The notes below the pieces were generated by a model that was not told the DNA's origin, searched no databases, and was given only the letters and a program-made list of their open reading frames with translations. A DNA stretch of 64,000 nt from a virus (lineage: Duplodnaviria; Caudoviricetes), in IMG/VR virus record IMGVR_UViG_2867207765_000001, positions 1 through 64,000 of that record. The stretch is one strand, 5' to 3'. The stretch's first letter is position 1. Each line of letters begins with the position of its first letter. Made by a program: the position numbers and the translations under genes. This document shows positions 39,535-47,847 of the stretch, piece after piece.

Positions 39535-39885
39535 TCACGCTATGGCGAATGCAGTGATCCGATGTCCGTTCTCGGTGAACCAGGTGCCGTGCTGACCTCC
39601 GATGAGGACGAGCTCATCGTCTTTCCCGTCGAGGCGGGCGATGGCGCACACCCCGTCGGTGTCGGCGATGAAGGTGCCGGTGTAGGCGAAGTGGTCGTCA
39701 CCTCCGGCGCTGATGCTGAACACTGCCCGGTCACCGTCCTGTGCGGCCGCGACGTTCACCGGGGTGAGCCCGTCGGTGCTGACCCCGTGCGCGGAGAGGT
39801 TGACGGCAGACGGGGTGAACGTCTTCTCGCTGAAGCGGCCGTCGGTGCTGCGGGGATGGTCGGAGGTCACAAACGTGGCGGTCAT
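39535..39885 (-). CDS. Leader-motif protein 7
   Basis: N-term FVTSDHPRSTDGRFSEKTFTPSAVNL; GCACACAG-N7-ATG. Confidence 0.8.
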   Translation of the reverse strand: MTATFVTSDHPRSTDGRFSEKTFTPSAVNLSAHGVSTDGLTPVNVAAAQDGDRAVFSISAGGDDHFAYTGTFIADTDGVCAIARLDGKDDELVLIGGQHGTWFTENGHRITAFAIA

Positions 39886-39928
39886 AACCGATCTGTGTGC
39901 GGCAGCCAGCCGGCGGTGCCGATGGGGC

Positions 39929-40708
39929 CTACTTCTCCGGCCGGGTGAGGCGGTACAGGGTGCAGTCGCCGCGTCGGACGGTGACGGAGTCGCCGTCGAG
40001 GTCCTCCTCGAGAAGGCCGCGGCGGACCAGGGAGTCCACGGTCTCCTGGTTGTAGCAGTACGCGTCGTCGCCGATCATGGCGTGCCCGGACCGGTGCCCG
40101 TCGACGACGTATACGCGGCCGCGGCCGTACTTGTCGGCGAACTCGAGTGCGTCCTTCGCGACGGCGGAGACGCCTGAGTCGCGCGGCTTCCACTTCGGCG
40201 GTGTGTAGAACTGCACGGCGGGGAAGGACGTGGCGAACCGCTGCCCGGCGAGCGGCCCGTCCTGGAACTCCCATGGCGTTGGGTCGTACGTCTCGCCCTT
40301 CCGGAGGTTGCGGGATGGAGCGTCGGCGGCTGGGTCGTTCCAGTCGGCCAGCGGCAGCTCGCGCTCAGTGAAGGCGCGGAGACGGTCGCCGTCCTCAGTG
40401 AACCACGTTCCGCTGGCGGTACGGGACGCGGTGATGCGGGCGCCGGTGCCGTCCGCGTCGATGGTGACGAACTCTCCGTCAGCGGCGTCAACAGTGCCGC
40501 GGAAGGTGCGCGTGTCATCGTAGGTGTGAACGCGGACGGTGACCCGCTGGCCCTCGTGCACTCGTTCCAGGGCGACGATCCCGTGCTTGTCCGTGTTCAC
40601 CATGGTGGTGCCGGCGCGCTCGAGGGTGACGGCGTCACCCGTGAACGTCTTCTCGGCGAACTTCCCGGAACGGGCGCGGGGGTGGTCGGACTCAATGAAG
40701 GCGGTCAT
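39929..40708 (-). CDS. Leader-motif protein 8 (N-half paralogous to protein 7)
   Basis: N-term FIESDHPRARSGKFAEKTFTGDAVTL; shares GTWFTE.G.R..AF. Confidence 0.8.
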   Translation of the reverse strand: MTAFIESDHPRARSGKFAEKTFTGDAVTLERAGTTMVNTDKHGIVALERVHEGQRVTVRVHTYDDTRTFRGTVDAADGEFVTIDADGTGARITASRTASGTWFTEDGDRLRAFTERELPLADWNDPAADAPSRNLRKGETYDPTPWEFQDGPLAGQRFATSFPAVQFYTPPKWKPRDSGVSAVAKDALEFADKYGRGRVYVVDGHRSGHAMIGDDAYCYNQETVDSLVRRGLLEEDLDGDSVTVRRGDCTLYRLTRPEK

Positions 40709-40728
40709 GCTCGGGATGTGCGCGGCGG

Positions 40729-40801
40729 TGCCGTTGGCGGGACTCGAACCCGCGACCTTCCGCTCCGGAGGCGGACGCTCTATCCACTGAGCTACAACGG
40801 C
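40729..40801 (-). tRNA. tRNA-Arg(CCG)
   Basis: TCCGC-CTCCGGA-GCGGA. Confidence 0.93.
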
Positions 40802-40814
40802 GGGTCCTCGCAGA

Positions 40815-41348
40815 TCATGCGAGGGAGGCGTAGAACTCCCTCATCAGTTCCACGTGGGCGGGGGTAAGCCCGAGACCCGGTACGGGGGCGATGAGCAGGC
40901 TTGGCGTCGGCGTGGTGAGCGTGCGAACCTCATCGCCGTACTCGGGCACCTCAGTGTCATCCACCCACACGAACGGCCGTTCGTCGCTGGCCTGGTCGCG
41001 GAGCAGTGCGTCACGCTTCCACAAGCCGAGTTCCCCGTCCTCCCCGCACGGGTACGGGGTGACGCGGCCGCCGGTGAGAACGCCGCGGAACTTCGGAACC
41101 AGTTTCCGCGCGACGAGGAGGTCCTCGCACCACGACGAATGCCATACCAGCTCAACGCCGAAATCCTGAACAACCTGGTTGAGGGCGTCCAGCAGCGCGT
41201 AGGAGAAAGTGGTGTGCCGCACCATGCCGAAACCTCCGCCGAGTTTCTGCGTGACGGTGAGCTTCACCGTTTCACCAGACCAAACCCGGCCGGCGTAGTC
41301 AGCGGCGAGGCAGTCATCGACATCAAGGTACAGAACCGGTTGCGGCAT
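40815..41348 (-). CDS. HAD-superfamily phosphatase (RNA-repair-associated type)
   Basis: VLYLDVDDCL, LVWHSSW, WK, PFVWVDD, P...GLT. Confidence 0.8.
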   Translation of the reverse strand: MPQPVLYLDVDDCLAADYAGRVWSGETVKLTVTQKLGGGFGMVRHTTFSYALLDALNQVVQDFGVELVWHSSWCEDLLVARKLVPKFRGVLTGGRVTPYPCGEDGELGLWKRDALLRDQASDERPFVWVDDTEVPEYGDEVRTLTTPTPSLLIAPVPGLGLTPAHVELMREFYASLA

Positions 41349-41388
41349 TCGACACGCATCCTTCCCGTGATGAGGCTGACTTTCGTTG

Positions 41389-41462
41389 TCCGGATGACAG
41401 GATTTGAACCTGCGACCTCCCGCTCCCAAAGCGGGCGCTCTACCAAACTGAGCTACATCCGG
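41389..41462 (-). tRNA. tRNA-Pro(TGG)
   Basis: CCCGC-TTTGGGA-GCGGG. Confidence 0.93.
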
Positions 41463-41485
41463 ATAGTCCCGCCACAGCGGAACCG

Positions 41486-41558
41486 TGGACCTGATCGGAT
41501 TCGAACCGACGACATCTGCCTTGCAAAAGCAGCGCTCTACCAACTGAGCTACAGGCCC
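41486..41558 (-). tRNA. tRNA-Ala(TGC)
   Basis: CTGCT-TTTGCAA-GGCAG; G3:U70. Confidence 0.93.
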
Positions 41559-41940
41559 GTAACCTACCGAGGCAGGCTGATGGTCAGAAGTACACGGCGA
41601 ACCGGTGGTGAACACGATGTCTCCTCGGTTGGCGTGCACCACCTCTATGCGCGGAAGAACCAGTCGGCGGGGCTCAGTCGCCGACGAGCGCTTGGAGCGC
41701 TGCGCCGCGCTCAGCGGCACGAGCCAACGCGTCCGCGCGGATCGCCGCCCACCGCCGCTTCCACACCATCCGATGAACTCCGTCCGCTCGCCGGTGCGGC
41801 TGCTTCGGCCAGAAGGCGATGGCCTCCGGGGAGCGCCGTGAGGCAAGGAGACGACGAGCAGACCGACGCATGCTCAGGAGGATGCGGCGACGTCGGCAGG
41901 GTCGGCGGTAAGTTCACAGGCTTCGCGCGTCGCGTTGGGA

Positions 41941-42648
41941 TTAGTGGCCGACCGTTTCAATCGCTTGGAGTTCCTTCTCGCAAAGCTCTAGGCTTCGCTG
42001 CGCAGCGGCGCAGATGCCTTCAAATAGCACGGCGAACGCGACCGCGCCAGCGGTACTTAGTGGGTGGGATGCCTTGGCTTCTCGCATGGCAGATCCCCAC
42101 TCGTCGTCGATACGCAGGTTGCGATTGACGAAGCGATTCCCCACCGCTGCCAGAGTACCGTCCTCTGTCGCTAGTCCACGATCCGATATCGCCATCCCGA
42201 GATCTATGCCGGTGTCCAACATCGTGCGTGCTCTCTCGAACGCGTTTTGGAACCGAGTTAAAGCGTCCGATCTTCGGATGCTTTCGTCGTACTCGTCCCG
42301 GCGATCTAGGCGTTGAGCAGGCAGGTTGACTGGGGTTACGTCGCCCGCACTCGTGAATAGAAACAGCGCGACATCAGCATCAGCGGCGACTTTGAGAGCA
42401 GCCGAGGAGTAGCCGGAGCTGGAGTAGAAGATGGCATTCGCAACAGAGTGAGCGGCACCGCGTAGGCGCTGAATGTCAGGGGACCCGACGGGCTGCACCA
42501 AGTGCTTGACCTGAGCCACGGCGAGCTCCGCCCTGACGTCAATCCCACCATCCGCGCCTGACCCTGTCCGTCGAGCGTCAGTGAAGCCCAGAGCCCGCAT
42601 GTGCGCCTCAGCAAGCTCCTCCGCCATCTGCCAGGTGAATATCCGCAC
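41941..42648 (-). CDS. Mrr-like restriction endonuclease domain protein
   Basis: AE..A...M..LGF.DA..T..GADGGIDV.....AQVK, .DIQRL.G, SGY. Confidence 0.8.
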   Translation of the reverse strand: MRIFTWQMAEELAEAHMRALGFTDARRTGSGADGGIDVRAELAVAQVKHLVQPVGSPDIQRLRGAAHSVANAIFYSSSGYSSAALKVAADADVALFLFTSAGDVTPVNLPAQRLDRRDEYDESIRRSDALTRFQNAFERARTMLDTGIDLGMAISDRGLATEDGTLAAVGNRFVNRNLRIDDEWGSAMREAKASHPLSTAGAVAFAVLFEGICAAAQRSLELCEKELQAIETVGH

Positions 42649-42790
42649 GAGGTCAACGTATCGAGTACCTCCGACCTTGTGGCCACGACAGGACTTGCGC
42701 CTGTTCCTCCGCATTTTCTGGGCGGCGCTCTACTGCATGCGCTACGCGGCCTCAGCCGCAGATGACCGCCTGCGTGGCACGGAGGGGGTG

Positions 42791-43177
42791 TCAGTCCCAG
42801 TAGCCGCCGCCCCAGGGGCTGCGGCGGTGCCGACGGACGGGGACGGTGTCCTCGTCGATAGTGCCGGTGGCGCTCCAGCCGCCGCGCGCCCGGGCGAGGG
42901 TGACGCGGGTGTTGTGCCGGTCCGGCTTCCACCAACGCAGGTGGACGTCGTCCACGGTGCGGTGGCAGCGGTGGTGCTCCCACGCCTGGGCGACGGATCC
43001 GGCGGACCATGCCATGGTGTGTCGGCAGTGGGGGAGGCCGCGGGATCCGGCGCGTGCGGGCCGGTCGATGTCGCACTCGGCGCGGTGGTGCTGCCACCGG
43101 GAGTGGTCCTCACCACGCCAGTTGCGAGAATCGTTGAGAACGACCCACGTAGGGGTGTCCTTGCGTGTTCGAGACAT
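42791..43177 (-). CDS. Basic Cys/His-rich hypothetical phage-like protein
   Basis: MSRTRKD.P.WV start. Confidence 0.6.
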   Translation of the reverse strand: MSRTRKDTPTWVVLNDSRNWRGEDHSRWQHHRAECDIDRPARAGSRGLPHCRHTMAWSAGSVAQAWEHHRCHRTVDDVHLRWWKPDRHNTRVTLARARGGWSATGTIDEDTVPVRRHRRSPWGGGYWD

Positions 43178-43333
43178 GAGGCGCCTGCTCTCGAACGTCA
43201 CCTTCGGGTTGGGTCCCTCTGCGGGGTGACGTTCACTACAGGTCGGGGGTGCTCATAGTGTTGTCCTTTCCTTGATGAAGTAGCGGCGAGGGCGCCGCCA
43301 TGGGTGGGCTGCTGGCCGGTGGGCCGGTGCATG

Positions 43334-43410
43334 TGGTTGCGGAGGCAGGATTCGAACCTGCGACCTCTGGGTTATGGGCCCAGCGAGCTACCGAACTGCT
43401 CTACTCCGCG
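43334..43410 (-). tRNA. tRNA-fMet(CAT)
   Basis: C1:A72 mismatch, GGG/CCC anticodon stem, CCA. Confidence 0.95.
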
Positions 43411-43623
43411 GTCTGTGGTGCCACTCGACGGTGAGTGGCGGGCCGCCGGCGCTTGGGGCGCGTGTAGGCGGCGAATGTCTTCTCGCAGACGGAGTCGGCC
43501 ATTGCCTGCTCGTCTGGGATGTCGGATACGTTGCGGAGGTCATCAAGCAGATGCATGAGTTCCTCCGCCTCTTTCTCAGTGAGGCTGATGCTGACGCTCA
43601 CATCGCTCCTGACTCCGTGCCGG

Positions 43624-43696
43624 TACCCCCAACGGGATTCGAACCCGTGCGACCGCCTTGAAAGGGCGGCATCCTTGGCCGCTAAATGATGGGGGC
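43624..43696 (-). tRNA. tRNA-Glu(TTC)
   Basis: CCGCC-CTTTCAA-GGCGG. Confidence 0.92.
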
Positions 43697-43765
43697 GTAG
43701 GGGCCGGCGTTGCCGCCGGCCGTTGTCACCTCTATGCGCGGAGGTGGACGCGTGGTGTGCGAAAG

Positions 43766-43838
43766 CAGCCCGTACCGGATTCGAACCGGTGTTACCTGGC
43801 TGAGAACCAGGCGTGCTTGGCCACTGCACTAACGGGCC
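43766..43838 (-). tRNA. tRNA-Glu(CTC)
   Basis: CCTGG-TTCTCAG-CCAGG. Confidence 0.9.
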
Positions 43839-43848
43839 AGGGCGCCGT

Positions 43849-44208
43849 TCAGTAGGGCGCGTTCTCGGAGGACTTCACGATGCTGTGCACCGAGCTCGGG
43901 TCGGTGTGGAACGTCGGGCACTCCGACTTGGGGAGTGACAGGCGGAGCACCTTTCCGCACCTGCTGCACGCTTCCTCGTGGTAGCAGGTCCAGTCGCGGT
44001 CACGTCCGAACAGGTAGTCGAACGTTCCTGGACGGGGGAGCCCGCACGTGTAGACGCGGGTCCACCGGGTGTTGATGCGGATGATGGGGGTGTGCTCCCG
44101 GCCGACGTGGCCCTTGCACCACCGCTTCGTGTTCTTCCGCCGGTGCGGGGTGTGCTTCCACGCGTCGTCAGCGGGACGCTCCGTGGCGGTGGACTGCAGT
44201 GTCGTCAT
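43849..44208 (-). CDS. Cys/His-rich hypothetical phage-like protein
   Basis: GGAGG RBS; WCKGHVGREH, C.H...C..CGK. Confidence 0.7.
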   Translation of the reverse strand: MTTLQSTATERPADDAWKHTPHRRKNTKRWCKGHVGREHTPIIRINTRWTRVYTCGLPRPGTFDYLFGRDRDWTCYHEEACSRCGKVLRLSLPKSECPTFHTDPSSVHSIVKSSENAPY

Positions 44209-44244
44209 GACGGGCCTCCTCGGCGATGTTCGGATGAGTGGGGG

Positions 44245-44317
44245 CTCCCCGTCGAGGATTCGAACCTCGACCTACCGGCTCCAAAGGCCGACGTGCTGCC
44301 AGTTACACCAACGGGGA
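44245..44317 (-). tRNA. tRNA-Gln(TTG)
   Basis: TCGGC-CTTTGGA-GCCGG. Confidence 0.9.
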
Positions 44318-44353
44318 ATAGGCGCCACGGACGGCGCCAAGGTGATGTTGCGG

Positions 44354-44426
44354 CTCCCCGCCAAGGATTCGAACCTCGACTTACCTCGACCAGAACGAGG
44401 CGTGCTGCCAGTTACACCAACGGGGA
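44354..44426 (-). tRNA. tRNA-Gln(CTG)
   Basis: CCTCG-TTCTGGT-CGAGG. Confidence 0.9.
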
Positions 44427-44688
44427 TCAGACAGATGCTTTACGTCGGCCGTCATTCCGACGTGGTACCGACGCTTCCGGCCGAGGATCCATGGCGTCGG
44501 CGTTGTGCCTCTCGGGGGACTCGAACCACCCGTGACCCTCCACGCCAACTAGCGAGGCGTGCTTCCACACCACCGAAGCTCCTCGACGCCGTTCGCGGCC
44601 GACGCCGTCCGAGATACCGGAGATCAGCCCGGCATCCGGTTGTGTCGCGCCGGGGCGCTGCATTGCGCTGCACGCCGGCATGACAGCG

Positions 44689-44761
44689 TGCCCCTCGAGG
44701 GATTCGAACCCCCGACTCCCGCATCCGTAGTGCGGTGCTCTATCCACTGAGCTAGAGAGGC
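44689..44761 (-). tRNA. tRNA-Arg(ACG)
   Basis: CCGCA-CTACGGA-TGCGG. Confidence 0.93.
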
Positions 44762-44961
44762 ATACGAGACGAACACCATGCGTCGGTCATCGCGGTGGTT
44801 GGACGACGGCAGCTGTTCCGTCCCAACCCGTGCAGATTCTGCTTCCACGCCGAATAGATACTGCCTAGATGACTCGTCGTGGCCGGTCCGGAATCGACCC
44901 GGAACCATCACGGTCAGCGTTGAACGCCATCCGGCCTGCCCACCGACTGGTGGGCGTTGCG

Positions 44962-45046
44962 GGTGAATGAGGGGAATCGAACCCCCACGCCCTTCCGGGC
45001 ACCGGACTCACATTCCGGCGCGGCTACCAATTACGCCACATCCACC
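44962..45046 (-). tRNA. tRNA-His(GTG) with long variable arm
   Basis: CCGGA-ATGTGAG-TCCGG; encoded G-1:C73; variable arm TGCCC-GGAA-GGGCG. Confidence 0.85.
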
Positions 45047-45069
45047 ATGGAGACGCTGCGCGTCTCTCG

Positions 45070-45141
45070 CTCCCCGACAAGGATTCGAACCTCGACTAAC
45101 TGGACCAGAACCAGTCGTGCTGCCATTTACACCATCGGGGA
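45070..45141 (-). tRNA. tRNA-Gln(CTG), second copy
   Basis: ACTGG-TTCTGGT-CCAGT. Confidence 0.9.
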
Positions 45142-45402
45142 ATGTCTCCTCCGTCCGGGCACGGGCGGGGGAGAGGTGCCGTCTCAGCGTGTCGAGACGG
45201 CGGGTGTCTGGCATGTCGGAACGCCCATGATGAGGGGCTTCCCGGCGTGGTCCGGACGTTCATGTTCAGCGGCCGGTGGCAACCGACCATCACGCTGCTG
45301 TGACCGGGTTGTACGGGCTGTACCGGTCGGCAAACGCCCTTGCCAGGACGTCCCGTGTCCCGCCGACTGGCCGAGGTTCGGGCCTCGCGTCGTGCGGTGT
45401 TG

Positions 45403-45475
45403 TCGCGCCGGGAGGTATCGATCCTCCGACCTACGGGTTATGAGTCCGCCGCTCTACCATCTGAGCTACAGCGCG
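45403..45475 (-). tRNA. tRNA-Met/Ile2(CAT)
   Basis: GCGGA-CTCATAA-CCCGT; atypical T-loop ATCGATA. Confidence 0.8.
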
Positions 45476-45487
45476 TCGTGTGTTGCG

Positions 45488-45573
45488 TGCCCGATGCCGG
45501 GGTCGAACCGGCACGCCCGTTTCCGGGCACAGACCCCTCAAGCCTGCGTGTCTACCGGTTCCACCAACCGGGC
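45488..45573 (-). tRNA. tRNA-Leu(GAG)
   Basis: CAGGC-TTGAGGG-GTCTG; long variable arm. Confidence 0.9.
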
Positions 45574-45579
45574 ATCGTG

Positions 45580-45662
45580 TACCCGCCGCGGGACTTGAAC
45601 CCGCACGCCCTTTTGGGCACCGGCACCTAAGGCCGGCGCGTCTGTCATTTCGCCAGGCGGGC
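45580..45662 (-). tRNA. tRNA-Leu(TAG)
   Basis: CCGGC-CTTAGGT-GCCGG; long variable arm. Confidence 0.88.
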
Positions 45663-45778
45663 AAGAACACCGGCCCGGGTCGGGTCCGTGTTCGGTTAGA
45701 CCGTGACGCCGAGGTTCTCGAGGAACTCCGCAACGTCGTTGGTCAGGATGTAGTCGTCCTGCGTGTCGTCGTCCACGG

Positions 45779-46006
45779 TCACTCCGGCTTCATCAGCTGG
45801 TAGATCTCCGCGCACTCCGGGCAGACGGGGAAGTTCTTCGGGTCCTTCGTTGGCAGCCACACCTTCCCGCAGAGGGCGGTGGCGGGCTTGCCTTCCAACC
45901 AGATGAGGTCGAAGTCGGTCTTCTTCACGTAGTGGGAGAACAGGTCGTGGTCACCGGTGTCGGTGGTCTGCTCGAGCTGCTGACGCTCGAGGAGGTCGCT
46001 GGCCAT
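45779..46006 (-). CDS. DUF3039-family actinobacterial protein
   Basis: GDHD.FSHYVKK, G.P..ALCGKVW.P..DP..FPVCPEC.EIY. Confidence 0.88.
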   Translation of the reverse strand: MASDLLERQQLEQTTDTGDHDLFSHYVKKTDFDLIWLEGKPATALCGKVWLPTKDPKNFPVCPECAEIYQLMKPE

Positions 46007-46063
46007 TCGGGGTCCTTTCGTTGACGTGACTCCTATGCGCGGAACCGGTGATTCGGTGGTGTG

Positions 46064-46150
46064 TGCCCGCCGCGGGAGTCGAACCCGCACGCCCCTCCCG
46101 GGGGCGGCGCATTTTGAGTGCGCTGCGTCTACCTGTTCCGCCAGGCGGGC
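46064..46150 (-). tRNA. tRNA-Leu(CAA)
   Basis: GCGCA-CTCAAAA-TGCGC. Confidence 0.92.
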
Positions 46151-46157
46151 GAAGATG

Positions 46158-46246
46158 CGGGCACGGCAGGATTCGAACCTGCGGGACGTGTTGCCACGTC
46201 CGCCGGCTTAGCAAGCCGGAGCGATCAGCCTCTCCGCCACGTGCCC
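46158..46246 (-). tRNA. tRNA-Ser(GCT)
   Basis: CCGGC-TTGCTAA-GCCGG; long variable arm; G73. Confidence 0.9.
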
Positions 46247-46379
46247 GAGGTGCCCTGGCAGTTAGCGAGGTGCCGCTCGCCCTGACAGCATCCGGGTCCA
46301 GATGTCCGAGGCGGGTCGACCGTCGCTACTCGGCAGGGAGCCGACCGGAACACGTTCCGGTCTCACCCTGGTCTCACTG

Positions 46380-46468
46380 CGGGAAGGGAGGGATTCGAAC
46401 CCTCGAGACGGCTTGCACCGTCTACCGCCTTTCCAAGGCGGCGCAATCGACCGCTATGCGACCTCCCC
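46380..46468 (-). tRNA. tRNA-Ser(GGA)
   Basis: CCGCC-TTGGAAA-GGCGG. Confidence 0.92.
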
Positions 46469-46496
46469 AAGGTGGCGAGCTGAAGCCCGCCACGAC

Positions 46497-47024
46497 CTAC
46501 TCGTCGTCGTCGGAGACGGACGAGAAGGAGTTCTCCTCCTCATCCTCGTCGACGCTGCTGCCGCCGCCGGAGTTCTCGTCCTCATCGACGCTGCTGCCAC
46601 CGCCGGAGTTCTCGTCCTCATCCGGGTCCGAGTACGTCGATGACTGCTCGTCGTCCTCCTCGTCCGCGGAGCCGACAGCACCGGACTTCGACACGGCGCC
46701 ACCGGTGGACGGGATGCCCGTCGTGACCGAGGAACCGGACGGGATGCTCTTCGTTCCCGACCCGTACGACGACCCGACAGCGGGAACGGTCGCACCGTAC
46801 GGGTAGAAGTACCACAGGAACGCGGCGTCGCCGCTTGTCGAGGGTGTCGCCGAGCAGTTCGAGTCAGCGACACGCTTGTGCGTCGTCTTCGCTACGCACG
46901 CTTCCGCGTACGAGTGAGGAGTGGTGGTGCTGCAGGCGGTGGTGCCGAGGAGGAGCAGCGCCGTGCCGGCGACGACGGTGAAGATGGTGCCGCCGCGGGT
47001 GGAGCGGAGCCGATGTGTGTTCAT
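46497..47024 (-). CDS. Lipoprotein with acidic repeat tail
   Basis: Lipobox TTAC; DEDENSGGGSSV x2; ATG 7 nt after CGCATAG. Confidence 0.75.
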   Translation of the reverse strand: MNTHRLRSTRGGTIFTVVAGTALLLLGTTACSTTTPHSYAEACVAKTTHKRVADSNCSATPSTSGDAAFLWYFYPYGATVPAVGSSYGSGTKSIPSGSSVTTGIPSTGGAVSKSGAVGSADEEDDEQSSTYSDPDEDENSGGGSSVDEDENSGGGSSVDEDEEENSFSSVSDDDE

Positions 47025-47063
47025 GCTGCCTCTATGCGCGGCAGGGGACCGCGGGTGAGCGGT

Positions 47064-47454
47064 TGGTGGACCCGGGGGGAGTTGAACCCCCGTCTTCCGT
47101 GACTGAACGAAGCCTTCTACGTGCGTAGTTCACCGTGGGCTGCTTTTCGACCTCGGCGTCTGCGGTGAACAGCGCGGCCGGCAGGTCTAGACACAATGGT
47201 GATGACGGTCCGGGGTGTGCCCAACCGGGTCGTCATGGTCGTCTGCTGCTGACCCCGACACCGCGGGCGAAACCGTTCCCGTTGCGGTGTGCGAGGGACT
47301 CGCCATGAGTCTCGCGCGCATCAAGCGGCGAGGGCGTAGTCGGTGCGAGAAGCGTTGGCATCTCTTGGTGGACGGTCTGATTGGCGAGGTGGCCGTCCAA
47401 CCCTCGGCACGCTTCTCATCGAAGCAACCCACGGAATCGAAACCCGTCGAGCCC
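47064..47454 (-). ncRNA. ssrA: tmRNA, tag (A)ANASRTDYALAA*
   Basis: 5' GGGCTCGACGGGTTTCGA pairs with 3' CGGGTCCACCA (G3:U70); T-arm GGGGGTTCAACTCCCCC; internal tag ending YALAA-stop. Confidence 0.95.
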
Positions 47455-47460
47455 GGAGCT

Positions 47461-47732
47461 GGGCGACCGTAACGGCGTCGCCCGTGAACCCGCACTGCTG
47501 CGGGTACCGCAACCCACCCTTGGCAAGCCCGGGTGGGGAAGAATTGTGGTGGCAGCCGATTCCCGTACGGCCGCTCGGCCGAGCGTCGATAGGCAGCAAC
47601 GGTCATGCGGAGGCCACTCTCCGTCGCGCAGCTGCTCGGTGGGAAGCGTCGGTGCGCAGGTCGTCCGCTGCAGGGGTCGAGAGGGCCGGAAAGCAAGCGC
47701 TAGATTCCCCCAGTCCGCCTTCGCGAGCCGTT
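47461..47732 (-). ncRNA. Candidate Ms1-like RNA (~270 nt)
   Basis: Non-coding gap between tRNA-Thr and tmRNA; blocks resembling actinobacterial Ms1 as recalled; 3' hairpin GGGCGAC..GTCGCCC. Confidence 0.5.
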
Positions 47733-47775
47733 GCATTTGCTTCCCTTGCCCGCGTTGACGCACCGACACATTCCG

Positions 47776-47847
47776 AGCCCCGAGTCGGGATTGAACCGAC
47801 GACCCCCGCCTTACCATGGCGGTGCTCTACCACTGAGCTATCGGGGC
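47776..47847 (-). tRNA. tRNA-Thr(GGT)
   Basis: CCGCC-ATGGTAA-GGCGG. Confidence 0.92.

Noticed and set aside
44506-44580. Amber suppressor tRNA (CTA in loop)
   Set aside because: No U33, 9-nt loop and poor acceptor pairing; treated as a remnant
46540-46622. 36-bp tandem repeat
   Set aside because: Coding repeat (DEDENSGGGSSV) in a lipoprotein tail, not a DNA-level element
47455-47760. RNase P RNA
   Set aside because: Lacks the GAGGAAAGUCC and CAGAA.CCGGCUUA conserved regions
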